Assembly (NCBI GenBank): GCA_012295275.1
Contig: CM022671.1
Span: 8,742,001 to 8,806,000, forward strand
Source of the DNA: Chrysomallon squamiferum
Taxonomy: Eukaryota > Animalia > Mollusca
Direction: 5' to 3'
DNA: 64,000 nt
The translations under genes and the position numbers were made by a program. Under the pieces are notes generated by a model. That model was given only the letters and a program-made list of their open reading frames with translations, searched no databases and was not told where the DNA came from. This document shows positions 40,226 through 54,425 of the stretch, piece after piece (the stretch's first letter is position 1; every line of letters starts with the position of its first letter).

Positions 40226-40809
40226 AAATATACTGCTAAACAGAATGAGCAAAAACATCTTAAAGCCCCATTTCAAGATGTACCTTACAGACATGATATT
40301 TTATACAGTAAAAACAAAATTACACATAATGTATGTTCCTCTTATCCAATATAACAACACTAAGTAATGTTCTCTCAAGAGCTGTAAAAAAACCAAATGA
40401 TATGCCATTTCTGCACTAACTTTATAATTATGAAAGAGTAACAGCAAAATTACACTTAACATATATACCTCTTACCCAGTATAATGTTCTCACAGGTGAA
40501 GCTACAAAAATTGCACTTTATGCCATTTCAAAAATTACAGGTACTTATTTACAAGCTCTCTGATACAGCAAAATCACACTGAACCTATTACTGGGAATAT
40601 TTCTCTTTTTTTAACAATAGCCTTGGTGCTGGCACAGTTAGGAAATTACATTTGGTAGACTGGAAAATGGGAAAATGAAAAAGACAGGAAACAAGAAGGA
40701 GATAAAAAGGAAAAAGAAGCAGATATTTGATTTTGTGTGCTGTTAAACTAGTTATACCAAATAAAAAAAAAAATCTGACAATGGGTGGTCTTCAGTGGTA
40801 ACTGTATTA

Positions 40810-40910
40810 TTTTCCATTAGCAGCAAGTTGTTTTTGATGTGCACCTTCCCATGGACATCAACAAAAAAAGCCTTTTGTAACCACTGTTGGTTACTGGCTT
40901 GAATGGAAAA
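40810..40910 (+). mobile_element. Decayed dispersed repeat copy (same family)
   Basis: ATTAGCAGCAAG...GCACCTTCCCATGG...TACTGGCTTGAATGGAAAA. Confidence 0.55.
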
Positions 40911-42519
40911 CAAAAGAACAGATGATAAGACTGGTGATATAAATCAATAACTATTCTGAATAGGAACCATCTTCTTTAGATAATGTAAAATGGAGTATCT
41001 ACTAGGCTTCCCGTTGCCTTTCCTCTCTTTATTTTCTTCCCGTTTCTTTGATCCCCACTTTCTATATTAAATCTAAGTTCGATGCTATTCAGTGGATGGA
41101 GACTGTAATGCCACACATTGAAAACTAACAACATTTTTACGTTTTCTTATTTTTTAGTCATTTCAAAAAAAATGCAGTTTTCACTTGCTAAACTCTGGAT
41201 ATCATTTTTGTTCAATAAATATGCTTTACTTTAAGCTTCAAGACAGTAAATGTTTATAATTTTAAAATAGTAATTTTAAGAGTTTAAAAGAAATTCTTTT
41301 TAAGTTTGAAAGCATATTTTATAAATATTTGCTTATAATAAAAGCAAACCAAACAGTTATAACAGCAGTGTAGATAATAGTTAACAAAGTAAAAAAATTC
41401 TTATTGCTCTATTTTGGATATTTTTACGTGTTTGAAAGCAGTAACTACTTAACATGTGTACAGAAACAGCACAGTGGAATGTGGGTAGCTCATTATTTTT
41501 ATGTTATACAGAAAGAAAAGATGAATACATTTTACAAGCCCAACTAATTTAAGCTGCAAAACACTGGCAAATGATTAACAGATGCATGTTTGTGTATGTG
41601 TTTTTATGTGCATATGCATGTTAGTACATGTGCATGAATGTGTGTGCATGTTGTGTATCTGTATGCTTTATCTGCATGTGTGTGTGTCTGTATCTGTTTT
41701 ATATGCATTTATGTATCTGTATACTTGTTCACATGCTTGTGTGTACTGTATGAGTGTGGATGTACCTGCAATTGTTTAATATGTCTGAGGTATGTTTGCT
41801 GTGCTGGCAACTTTTAAATGTATATATTCAAAAGGCTAACTAGGCTGAAACCTATGGGCTTATCAAATGTTATCTGCCTGTACATGAAAGATTGAACTAC
41901 CTGAAAGCCTAGGGGCTTGCACATATCTTGCACACTGCAGTTAATAGTCATTTAATTTTATTTTTTCTCTAAGTGCAATTACATTATGTACAAGTAGTAA
42001 ACAAAATTAAAACACGTGTAACACTTTTCTTAACTTCAGTAGATATTACTGTTGATGTATTTCACATAAAACAAACAACTACACAGTGTATTACTGTTGA
42101 TTTATTTTTTCTTTCACAATACAACTGTGTACAATAAAGAGTTATATCTTTACCAGATAAACCATTACTGCCAATATTTTTATATATCTAAAGTTATTTT
42201 ATATATGTGTGTACATATGAACACACACACACACACACACACACTGTAAATTGTTATTTTTATATTCTTTAAACAAAAAATTCTAAATACAGTTTCTGTA
42301 TGAACACACTGGAAAGAGCAAAATAACAAATAGTTTTGTTATGCCTAGCATGTGGTCATTTCACAGTACAGTGAGTAAATGAGCAGAATGCTAGGTGGTA
42401 CACACACTGACAAAAGTCCACTGGAGATAACAACCGAGACATTTTGTACAACTGACAGTTAAGAAAATCAAAAGAAAAACCTGTTTGAAATGACATGAAA
42501 GCATGTCTCTGTTAAGTAC

Positions 42520-42700
42520 ATCACATGTATGTATATATGTATTATGTATGTGTTTTGTATTTGTATGTATGTGTTTTGTATTTGTATGTATGTGTTTTGT
42601 ATTTGTATGTATGTGTTTTGTATTTGTATTTGTATGTATGCGTTTTGTATTTGTATTTGTATGTATGTGTTTTGTATTTGTATTTGTATACATGTATGTA
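42520..42700. repeat. 21/27-bp compound repeat TGTATGTGTTTTGTATTTGTA
   Basis: Open in several frames, producing repetitive pseudo-ORFs. Confidence 0.9.
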
Positions 42701-43260
42701 CATACATATAATAGTACGTAGGTATGTATAGTTTCTCTATTTGTTTATGTGTAGACATGGTGTGTGTATGTAGTATATCTATGTATGTATATATTTGATG
42801 TATATTTGTGTATATGTGTATGTGTGTATGTATAATGCATGTATGTATGTATTATCATATCAAAACACACATACATACACCAATTAACAACACACCCTCA
42901 AACAAATTTAACTTTTATTTTTGCCAAGTGACAGAGAAAAGCAGGAACTTGAAGCTGACAGACAGAGAAAAGCATGAACTTGAAGCTGACAGACAGAGAC
43001 CTATTAGACAGGTCCAGACAGTAAGAGGTGGCTGATGGCACCAGTGTACAATGGCACTTTAACCAAGGTCACTCTGTGTAATGGCTGTTTAGCACAGAGC
43101 AGAGAAGCACTAATTGCTGCCCACATTAACCTGATTCATTTGATGTCACGCAGAACAAATCAGATTCCTGTTATTAGTGAAGACACTGGAAATGTCGACT
43201 TGTTCTAATCAGCAAAGTAAAACAATAGCTTTTAATTCTTTCTTTAGTAGTTCTTTTTTT

Positions 43261-43302
<42 letters not shown>

Positions 43303-43548
43303 TGAGTTTGTACAGACACACACATATATCTGTGATAACCTGGTTTTCACTGCTAACATGTTAAATGGAAATAGAAAAACCAGTTCAGATTAATTATCTT
43401 CCTTTAATAAAAACAAAAAATTAAATTATTAATTATTAATTACTTTATTTGATTTTTATTCCATTAAATTTGTTATTTTTGTTGGTATTATTAATTATTT
43501 TTATTATTACTACTACTTCTGCTACTTCTACTACTACTAACTAACTAC

Positions 43549-43580
<32 letters not shown>

Positions 43581-46479
43581 TACTTCAGAATGTTACCAAC
43601 AAAACTAACAAAACCAGCTGGGATAATTTCATTTTTACTGTTATTAATAACACTATGCATTGTGATTTGTTTTCATCAGCATCACCAAATAACAGCTATT
43701 ACTTATTTTCCAATCAATAAGCGTACACTCCCTATACAACTTGCTCAGCTAAAATCATTTATCTTCCTCAACCATACATATCTACTTGTAATTGGATTGT
43801 GACGTATAAATGCACCTTTGTTTATAATCAAATATACATGTTTCTTACATTGAGACATGAGATTATTTGTTTACTCTTCAAAGAGATATTTGTCTCTCAT
43901 TAAGTTGATTAAAATAACACATACACGAGGATTTCCTAAAGAAAGAGATTTATGAAAATAGTAATAATGCATTGTTTTGTAAAGTGAAACAATTTCTTAG
44001 AAAATGTGTATGTATCATCATTTTATATAATTAAATATTTACTTACTTTATTATTGTTATTATTATCATCATTATCATTTTCATCATTCAGTCATTCATT
44101 TTATCATTATAGCTATTAGTCTTTCTCTAAAATAATATGGCTGTGATCAGTATTTAGAGGCAACCAAATGTGAATCAGGGAATGACTGACAATGTAAATA
44201 AATATAATTTTTCAAGAAATGCAATCTCTAATATCTTTTATTAACTTACAGTTTTTAACATCAAACCCAGTGATATGAATAAAGTTTAGATTTATTCTGA
44301 TGTCCTATCATCAGATCAGTTATTATTTCAAAATGATATGAGAAGAACGAATCATTTGTAAAATGACATTACCCTTTTTGGCCATCTCTGATTTAAACAG
44401 ATATTTAAATAGACTGTGGTCAGATGTCCAGACTAAATTAAAAGAAATGGTGGTTTAATAACTGCAAGCATGCAATTTAATCATTGATTTCATGAGTTCA
44501 TCTCATCATGCACGGGCTTCAATAATATATTTTACACAGATGTGAATCTTTGGAATATAAACTTTTATGATGATGCCAAAAATTGATATGTATATACAGC
44601 CTTACACTGATGTAAAACATTTAAATACAGTTTTACAGTCATGAGAAACATTTAAATACTTTAATATACTGTTGTATAATGAAGGGTAACATTTATAGTC
44701 ATGCACACAACACTGAAATACCATATATATTGATGTAAGACATAACAGTAGTGACTAACAGTGATATTCAATATATAAGAATACAAAATTTTACACTATA
44801 AATAATTTAGCTGATGTAAAACAGACAGCAATTACACTACAGTGTTTATTTAGCTAAGAATATAACTTACACACTTTCTCCAGAATATTAGTGATGTGAT
44901 TCAAAAGTGTATAATGAGGTTCAAATGAAGAGGGTTGATCATGTAATCTGTCGTGCCTCAGGCTTGTCTACAATCACTTAGCTATAGCCAGCTCTTAAAG
45001 AGCTTTACTCATGTCAAACAAGATTTACACATTATCAATATTAAAGATAAAAGTATTGAATATTCAGGCACTTATAAACATTTAAACTTTGTAAGATGGT
45101 TCACACATGATCCTGTTACATTGGTGCATGCTGTGTTGAACATGTAAATCACAGTGAAACAAATGGTGTTGATAAACCTTTAGCTTAATTAAGTTTTCTG
45201 TTTCTTTAAACCATAGCAGTAAAATAATCATACTTGTACAGTTTATTAGACAAAGTCGCATAACAATATCAATGAAACCTGAGAGCAGATCAATGGAAGA
45301 CAGACATCAAAAGATACCACAGAAAGTAAAATGAACATTTTATCACACATTCCATCCTTTTAACATAGCAGAGTAACAAATTATCAGTGACCATTAAAAA
45401 AGAAACTTGTACCAATAAAGCACACTGTATGTCTGAGACTGGGAACTACTGGTTTATTCTGAATGGGAGGCTGCATTAATAATCTGCTGCACTTGTCCAT
45501 AAAGATCAAACACCCTTGTCCATGCAGTTCAAATACTGGTGCCTGAGAGAAAGTTCAAACACCTTTGTCTATCGAGGTTCAAACATCAGCTCTTGGTAAA
45601 TTCAGTAAAGAAAAGCTATGAAACAAGAAAACCACAAATCATCAGCAGTTTGGCAGTCAGGAAGATGAAGAAGCTATTGACTGAGTCCTATCACTGCTGG
45701 CAATCACATTACAATGGTGGGTATCTCACAATCAGCATAGCTCAAAGAACAAATAGGACAGTATTTCAGTGTTATTACACATTAATTATCCTGTTTTTAG
45801 TTTTCTTCTCAATGCAAAATGGTTATTTAGTAACATAAAATGTTCATTTTCGTAATGTGAAATAAACACTGTTTGAAATGCAAAATGAATACTTTTTTAA
45901 CACCTGAAAGCTACATAATAAAGGTGTAATAGTCTCATATTTGATGTAAAATGGTTGCAATTGATGATTACCAAAATATGGTTCCATCTGAAATTTTAAC
46001 TGATAAATATTGTAATGTAAAATAGATGAATTTGAAAAGTAAAAAATTATATACATAATTTAATTAATTATTTACTTACTTTTGCTGTATGTATAACTGA
46101 CTATATAAGCACCAGTAAAGGAAATGTAAAAAAACTGAGTTAAATTGTATTGCCACATCAAAACGTAAAAGATTTCCAAACTGATAAATGATTCTTCCAT
46201 CTACAGTTAACCTCAGCCTTCCATCATATTAAGTCTGTGCCCTCTGTGGGTTCAAAGGTCAAATCAGTTCACACTTCACAGGACACAAATTAAGAGAAGT
46301 GTAAAAAGCTGCAGGCCAGACACAGATACCAGTGCATGTCAACTGCTGATCAAGTCCTCACTGATAGGTAAGCAGATAGGAAATAAATTAATGGTTCAGC
46401 TTAACCCAGAAGCAAATTTACCTTTTACCTGCATAATCTACATGCTAATGTCGTAACAATCTAATCTAACACAAATCAA

Positions 46480-46858
46480 AGGACGAAAAACAATATGTGT
46501 ACACAACATGCCCAAAGATAACACAACATTTATATTGTATCAAAAGCAGGACATTTGTTTGGCATTCAAAACATGACATCTAAACTGTGTTAAAAAAAAA
46601 CATCACATCTATATTGTATCCAAAAACATGACACCTGAGGTATATTCAAAAACATCTGTAATGTATCCAAAATATCACATTTGTATTTTATCCAAAAAGA
46701 TGACATCTATATTGTGTTCAGAAACATAACATGTACACTGTACCCCAAAACATGGTATCATATAATGAACAAGACATCTATCTTCTATACTAGGGGTTGG
46801 CAACCTTTTGGATAGAGGGGACCAAACAGCTATGCAGAGGAGGGCCAAGATATAAAAC

Positions 46859-46896
<38 letters not shown>

Positions 46897-47200
46897 AATA
46901 TCTCTCTCTTGATTCTATGTTCAATATTGCCCACCAAACAGGGATGCTAGGAAGCAAGGCTGCATTAATGTGGAGGTTTAAAGAAAAAACAACAAAGTTA
47001 ATGTAATAACTGTGTCCAAGTGTTCAGATGGTGGGCTAAAACCTGGATGTGGCTGCATGGGCCAAGGGTTGCCAACCTCTGCTCAATACTATTTCCAAAA
47101 ACAAGATGTCAGTATTTTGTGTTCAAAGACATCAATAATATATGTCCAAAAACAAAACATCTGTACTCTATGTCACTGAAGATCTAAAAATAAGACATTT
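46480..47200. repeat. Degenerate 26-27-bp tandem repeat interrupted by the MITE
   Basis: CAAAAACATGACATCTATATTGT-like units on both sides of 46791-47081. Confidence 0.65.
46791..47081. mobile_element. Non-autonomous hAT (Charlie-like) MITE, 291 bp
   Basis: Terminal inverted repeats TAGGGGTTGGCAACCTTT and AAGGGTTGCCAACCTCTG; imperfect 8-bp flanking duplication TTCTATAC / CTCAATAC; internal (CA)n; no ORF. Confidence 0.75.
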
Positions 47201-48214
47201 ATGTGCTTAGGAACTATTAAGCAATTAATTTAATTCTAACAGACATTATAAATAAACTTACAACTGACAGTCTAACAGATTTATTTTATTTTATTTAATT
47301 AGGTTTTTTAACAATAAAAAGATGGTTTGTCTGGGTTTATTTCTGATGCTGTATCTGTACCATCTGATCAGAGTGTTTCTGGTTTAAACAGTTCAAAATG
47401 GCAAACATGTGTGTACTCACTATCCATTTAACAACCTTTTTTACATCTTTAAAAGGCTGACTTCCAGTTAAAAGAAAGTGCTCAATCTGACATCCTCTTC
47501 CAAATCAACAACATTTTCATCATTACCTCATTCAATTTACAACATCCAGACATAAGGTAACCATAATCCAGTGTCATGACCTTTGAAAACAAGGTAAACT
47601 GGATCAATTAAAAAGTTGGAATGCTATGACTGGAATGAAAAACAAACATTTAAGCCTAATAATGATGCATCTTTCAACTTGGCTTTGTACACCATCAGTG
47701 AAGCCCACTGTATCCTCAAAGCAAGAGTGTACTAAGATAACCTTCTCAAAGTTAGATTTGATTACTCAAGACATGCTGAAGTCCTATTTTATTTTTATTT
47801 TATTTTTTAAGTCAACATAACATCACTGATGTAACAATTTAAAAAACAAAAAAACATAACATAAGCATTAATAATCAAATTAACAAAATGCTTTTCATTT
47901 GCAACAGGAAGTTTGGAATACAAAGAATTCAATAACCATCTATATATACTAATGATATCACATCTTGAATAACATCAAAGGAAAACATTCCCAAATATGG
48001 ATTTAAAAACAGTCTGAAGTCATAACTAAGTGTGGACTGTTATGAATAATTCTCTTTCTTTCAGCTTCTTTTGAATTTCTGTGTGTATTTACAGAAGCAG
48101 TATATTGTATATAAAAAATCTTGTACAATCAGCCTTTGAATATTCATTGTTACATTTCATGTCATTAATCACTATATTCTTCTCAGGTTTGTTTACCAGG
48201 GCAATAAGCCAATT

Positions 48215-48790
48215 TCAATACTGGGATAATACACAGTTTTAGTCGCCGGGATAATACACAGTTTTAATCGCTGGTATTAAATATCTGTTATATTACACAG
48301 TTTCAGTCAATTGGATAAAACACAGTTTTAATCGCCAGGATAATACACAGTTTTAATCGCTGGTATTAAATATCTGTTATATTACACAGTTTCAGTCAAT
48401 TGGATAAAACACAGTTTTAATCGCTGGGATAATACACAGTTTTAATCACTGGTATTAAATATCTGTTATATTACTGGGAAAATACATACTTATAATCACT
48501 GAGATAAAATAAGTCCTCTTCAATCACTGGGCAAATATGTCACTTTAACCACTGATAGGGTATGTTTTTAATCTCTAAGGAAAATGTGTGTTTTACCTTG
48601 TTACAATTCCTGGAATAAAATAAGCCCTGATTAATCACTGGGGAAATGTGTGTTTTTAATACTGGTAGAATACAACTTTTTAATTAGGTAGATAAATCAT
48701 TTGTTTTCTTACTGGTAAAATATATCTGTTTAATTACTGAGATAACATGGTCTTACAATCACTGGTTGAATATGTCCAATTAATCACTAT
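48215..48790. repeat. 89-bp tandem repeat (about 2.6 copies) built from 24-bp subunits, with decayed tail
   Basis: GGATAATACACAGTTTTAATC at 48249, 48338 and 48427 (period 89). Confidence 0.85.
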
Positions 48791-49657
48791 GACTACAGTC
48801 TGTTTAAAAACTATTTTCATTATTCATTCATCCATCTACACAACATACCATCCAAAATTCCAAGTATGAGATTTAAATAAAAAATGTAATCTATTAAAAG
48901 AAAACCCCCCAAAAAACAGACATAAATTTAAACAAATCACATTTCAAATCTTTGAATTTCATCTATTACAGAGAAATACTTGCACAAGTTAATTAAACAT
49001 TAAATGTTTTACAAGCACCTATATATACATATATATATATATTACATTTTTCTTACCTGTAATAAAATTATTTTCACCTGTTGCTATCAAAGTCAGTACT
49101 CTGAAGTGCACCTTGTATTAATCATTAACACCTGTGACCTTACTACAATCGTTTTCTAACCTGTACCTGTTACCTCTAACCCCAGCTTCACACTGTTACA
49201 CATCTGTTTCATCACAAGCACAGAAACAAACAAGTTTTTCCAGCTTTTACTTGCTACAAGCTGTCCACAATTAGTACGTTACATAACTGTTAGGAACAAC
49301 ACAGAACTTTTTACATAATCCCTTTTTTCTTTCTTCTACTCCCTGAGCCAATTGTCACAATCAGTCATTCAAAAAACTGATTATATCCAGTATAGGTTCA
49401 GGCATGCCTGTCATGGGCACATTTAAAAAAAAAAAAAGAAAAAAAAAGGGGGTTTGGAATATCTACTGCTTAGACTGTTAGTGTGTTTAGATGGTTAGTT
49501 GGACAGAGAACAGACAGTGCAGTAATATTAAGTAGGTAATAATTTATCTCCTTGGTATTTAGAAAGCCATTTAACTGGTTATGACATAACCATTGCATAA
49601 GCACCACTGCAGAATGTCAGTGGTAATTACACAGAATCTGTTACAGGCCTGTTCATG

Positions 49658-49689
<32 letters not shown>

Positions 49690-49925
49690 TTAGGAATTTT
49701 TGACCTGAAAAGACTTATGCAGAATACAATGACTATCCTAACCAATATCAGTAATAAATACATTTAAACAGTGATCTCGTTTCATGCACTGCAATCCCAT
49801 AAGGTTATATGTGGTGGTCTGTGTTTGAATACTAGACAAAGATAAGGAGAAATCGACTGTTGCTTTATTAATGTTATTTCTGTCAGTTTGATCTCATTTC
49901 AGGTCAGGCATTATATGTGATAGGC

Positions 49926-49927
<2 letters not shown>

Positions 49928-49992
<65 letters not shown>
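49928..49992. repeat. (TG)n microsatellite
   Basis: Direct read. Confidence 0.95.
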
Positions 49993-49994
<2 letters not shown>

Positions 49995-50399
49995 ACACTC
50001 AAATGCAGAGAGAGTGAGGGAGAGACAGAGGCTGTATTATGTCAGTTGTTAACTAATAAAAATACATGCTGAGGTTTCAGCAAATAGTAAAAAGAACAGC
50101 ATGTGAGATGTAACCAAAACAAAACAAACAAAAAAAAAACCCCAGTAAAACCATAAACTAACACACCGGTAACCAAACACCTAATGTAATACACAACTAT
50201 GTCATCGTCGATCAATTGTAGTCTACGAATTGGTAAAACTCAACATATGGTATGCACCTGGACTTTGAAGCTTTCTGTTTTCTTTTCTTTTTCTCTTTTT
50301 TTTTTTGACAGTCAAGAAAAGGCTTTCTGAATAAGTATAGTAATGAAAAAATACTAAAACTTTGACGATATCATGCAATCATTCTATGAATCAATTAAA

Positions 50400-51010
50400 A
50401 CGTCGCTCAGGTAATTTTGATTATCAAACTGTCAACCGACAAAACATTCTCTCCTAACCTCGACTTTGTACGATAAAATAGTTCTTAAGTAAACTAACCT
50501 ACAGCGGTAATGTTATATTCACCAAGTGTAGATGTAAAGAGAACGCGGACATTAACTCACAACATGTTAAAACAAAACTTACGTACGGAAATCCTTTCAG
50601 GAACTGTTATTGTTAATCTCAAGTTCGGCCACTTTAATGAAAAACGAACAAGATCACCATACAACGAAACTTATAGTGACTATCTTTCGTAATCTTCCGT
50701 AATGACGTCGGATCAATTCGCTTCGGTAAAGAATAAAAAAATAAAAACTGACAGAGAAAAGATATGTCCTGTTAGTCACTGTGACGTCACAGAGGTATTC
50801 CCTTTGAGAACAGAGGTTGAGTACTTGAGTTTATTTACGCCTCTCGGGGAAACGATTCTCTTCAGTCATGCGTTCAGACACGGCGCATTTTGAATAATTG
50901 TCAAAGTGTTGCTATTTCAAATCACACCAGGATGATGAAGGTCAAACCACGAAAAGGCTAAATATAGACTACAATAGACATTATATGCGTCACATGTTTC
51001 TTTTTTGCTC
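50400..51010 (-). promoter_or_regulatory. CpG-rich putative promoter and first non-coding exon of the PKC gene
   Basis: Abrupt rise in CpG density versus the depleted 1-50 kb; minus-strand donor C|GTAAGT at 50583/50582; full CRE TGACGTCA at 50782-50789, TGACGTCG at 50703-50710, TGCGTCA at 50986-50992. Confidence 0.6.
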
Positions 51011-51364
51011 ATTAATGGCTTTGCCTTTTATGGTTTTTATTCGCTATGAAATGCATTTTATTGTGAATCATACCTTTTTAAACAACCATATTATATTACA
51101 ATCAATATTTTTCGTGACTACTAAAAGAAAACCACCATTGTTTCTTTTTAATAATCATTTGTTTTTTTTTTTTTTTTTTTTTTATTTTTTTTTTTTTTTT
51201 TTCATATTTTTTTTTTTTTTTTTTTTTTAATTATTATTATTATCTTTTTTTTATCTTCTTTTCTTTTTGTTTAGCAAAACGACGAATCAGTAACAAACAA
51301 TGCTGTTTGTTTTTAAACAAATTATGACTGAATATTACAACAAACTTTTTAAAATCCACGATAT

Positions 51365-52230
51365 GTGGTTAGCAGCAATTTAACAACTTGTAATTCAGCT
51401 ATTCTGTAGTCAGTTCTTCATTAACAGATAGGATACAGTATTTCTTTAGCCAGTAATTTAATAAACATACAGAATACAATATTTCTGAGGTCGGCAATTT
51501 AATAACACTTAAAATACAATATTTTTGTAGCCAGTAATTTAATAACAAATAGCACACAGTATTTCTGTAATCAGTTATTTAATAACATGTAGTATACAAT
51601 ATTACATTTGTCAGTAATTTAATAACAAATAGGATACAAAATTTCTGAAGTCAGTAATTTAATAACACGTATTTCAACAGTCGTAATTTAATAACAAATA
51701 TGTAACATTTCTATAATCAGTAATTTAATAACACGTAGGATCAATATTTCTGTAGTCAGTAATTTAATAATACATATTTATGCAATCAGAAATTTAATAA
51801 CACGCAGAATATAATAGTTCATTAGTCAGTAATTTAATAACAAATAGGATATAATATTTTTGTAACAGTAATTTAATAATATAATTTATGATATTATATT
51901 TCTACGGTCAGTAATTTAATAACACGTAAGATTACAATATTTGTATAGTCAGTAATTTAATAACAAATAGGATACACTATTTCTATAGTCATTAATTTAA
52001 TAACACATAGGATACACTATTTCTATAGTCAGTAATTTAATAACACGTAAGATTACAATATTTCTATAGTCAGTAATATAATAACAAATAGGATACAATA
52101 TTTCTATACTCAGTAATTTAATAACACGTAAGATTACAATATTTCTGAAGGTAGTAATTTATTAATACGTAGGATTACGATATATGTATACTCAGTAATT
52201 TAATAACAAATAGCAAACAATATTTCAGTA
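51365..52230. repeat. 40-41-bp minisatellite, about 22 copies, upstream of the putative promoter
   Basis: Unit AGTCAGTAATTTAATAACA(C/A)(G/A)TAGGATACAATATTTCTAT. Confidence 0.92.
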
Positions 52231-54199
52231 TTCAGTTATAGAAGAGCACATATTTTTCATTTTATGGCTATTAGTATTGGAGAGACTATGTTAGATTATG
52301 TTAATAATTTTACAAAATTAAATTGTGTATATTGCTATCGTGTTTGTTTTAATTGTTTTTCTACGAAAATATTAACGTCTAAAATCTCAACGAACAACAT
52401 TTATTATTATTATTATTATTTTTTTTTTTTTTTGTATGTTTGTTGCTGGTTTTTTTGTTTTTTTTGTGATTTGTTTTTTCCCCCCGCAGTTAAAGTAGTA
52501 AAATATTAAATTATTTTAAGAGATCTTCAAACATTTATTAACTTTTGAACTGTCATTTACGATGATGATTTATCGCTGGCAAACGTGTAATACTTCTGTA
52601 ATCAGACGTTAAAAAACAAACACGTGAATATGTATGTGCGTGCGTGTGAGAAGGTCAGATTCAGTGATTGGTACACATTAAAATAGCTCCTGATTTATGG
52701 TCGGTTGTGACATGTTTACAGCTATTTGTACGTGAACACACTGACAAGATGGAAGACCATTCCTAACGAAGACAAAATAAATAGTAATAAAAATGAAATG
52801 AAATAAAATATAATAAATATTCAATATATTATATATAGAATACATTACTGACTATATATATATTTATAGTTTCTTATTTAAAAAAAAATAGTTTTATATA
52901 TAAACACTAGGGGAGAAAATCATTTGTCATTATTTCACAACTGCATTCCATATTATACAATTCTGAGCTTGTACTCGATCAATATGTAACAAAACAGGAT
53001 ATATCTAACAGATACAGCGACCTAACATTTATTTAATACGTTTCACCTCCTAAAAATATTTGTCAGTGTGTGTAGGTGTCTGTGCGTGTGCGTGTGTGTT
53101 ATAAATAAAATAAGATGTCTTTCACAAGAGTCAGAGATGAGTTTTTATGACTGGCAACGCATCTTGACAAAAATGATACATAGAAGTTATTTGAGAATAC
53201 TAACTGTTTTTCTAATTATCACGGCTAATTAAGAAATACAGTTCCCTCTCCAGACTTCTGATTTCCAATGTCTGCTTGACAGGATACTGATTTTCTTTCT
53301 TTTATTATTATTTATTTTATTATATATATATATATTTATGTATTGATTTTGTTTCACTAATTAAAAAACAAGAAACAAAACGAAGCAATTTTAAATATAT
53401 TTTAAAAAGAAAAGACATATATGTGTATTTTATTTATTTAATGTTCTGGATAAAACCTGTGACGTTACATAACTGAGGTTATAAAAAATATGTCGGAAAC
53501 AAAAAACATTTCTCTTTTCTTTCTATGACTGCAGCTACTTCTATATTCTTTGTACTATGTACTATTACTATTATTGTTGTTATTTATGTTCTTGTACTGT
53601 TACTGTTCCTACTATTACTACCACAACTACTGCTACTACAGTGTACTTATATTGCTGCTATTATTACATATTATTACACTATTATTATTATTATATCATC
53701 ATCATCATCATCATCATCATTATTATTATTATTTTTATTAATATTTCGCAGGTAAAATTATATGGCACCAAGCCGATAGCTTTCTTCTTTTTCTTTATTT
53801 CTGTTGTTGTTGTTGTTGATGTTGTTGATGTTCTTTCGTATTTTACATAAAAGCAGCGTGTTGTCCAGCACGTTAATGGAATCTATTTAAAGAATGTTTT
53901 TGTTTTGTTTAAAATTTGTCACAGCTGTTATCATAGAAGAGTGAAAAAAATTAGCATTCAGCACATATTTTTTTGATGATATTAATAATTATTATTATTA
54001 TTACTACTATTACTAGAAAATATTATTAATATTAATTTATTGGTATTATTATTACATATTTTATTACTATTTACTACTACTACTACTACTACTATTGTAC
54101 AAGATACTACTACCATTACTAGTACTACTACTACTAAAATAAATAATAATAAAAAGAGTTATATTAGAAATGTTATTTTATTAAAGGTTTTTTTACAAA

Positions 54200-54425
54200 A
54201 ACAAAAGGTGCGGGGGCGCTGTCTATATTCATTTCACCGGGATCATTGTGGGGAGCGGGGGTGATAACAGTTATCCCACACAACCAGGACGTTAACGTTG
54301 TAAAAAGTCCAGATTAACATAAATCTCAGTGAAATATTAATCTTTTTACACTGACAACTTGACAACGACGATTTCATATATCACGTGTCAGTTCCTTCAG
54401 ACGTTGATGTGGCTGCCTCGTTGTT
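54200..54425. promoter_or_regulatory. Second CpG/GC-rich patch, candidate promoter or enhancer
   Basis: GC-box-like GCGGGGGCG and GAGCGGGGGTG, E-box CACGTG at 54382-54387, many CpGs in an AT-rich background. Confidence 0.35.

Noticed and set aside
42391-42758. Overlapping ORFs in five frames
   Set aside because: Simple-sequence repeat lacking stop codons.
50510-51230. Three plus-strand ORFs in the CpG-rich region
   Set aside because: No recognisable domains; expected from locally higher GC and a poly-T tail.
53525-54264. Poly-Tyr/His/Ile/Thr ORFs
   Set aside because: Trinucleotide low-complexity DNA.
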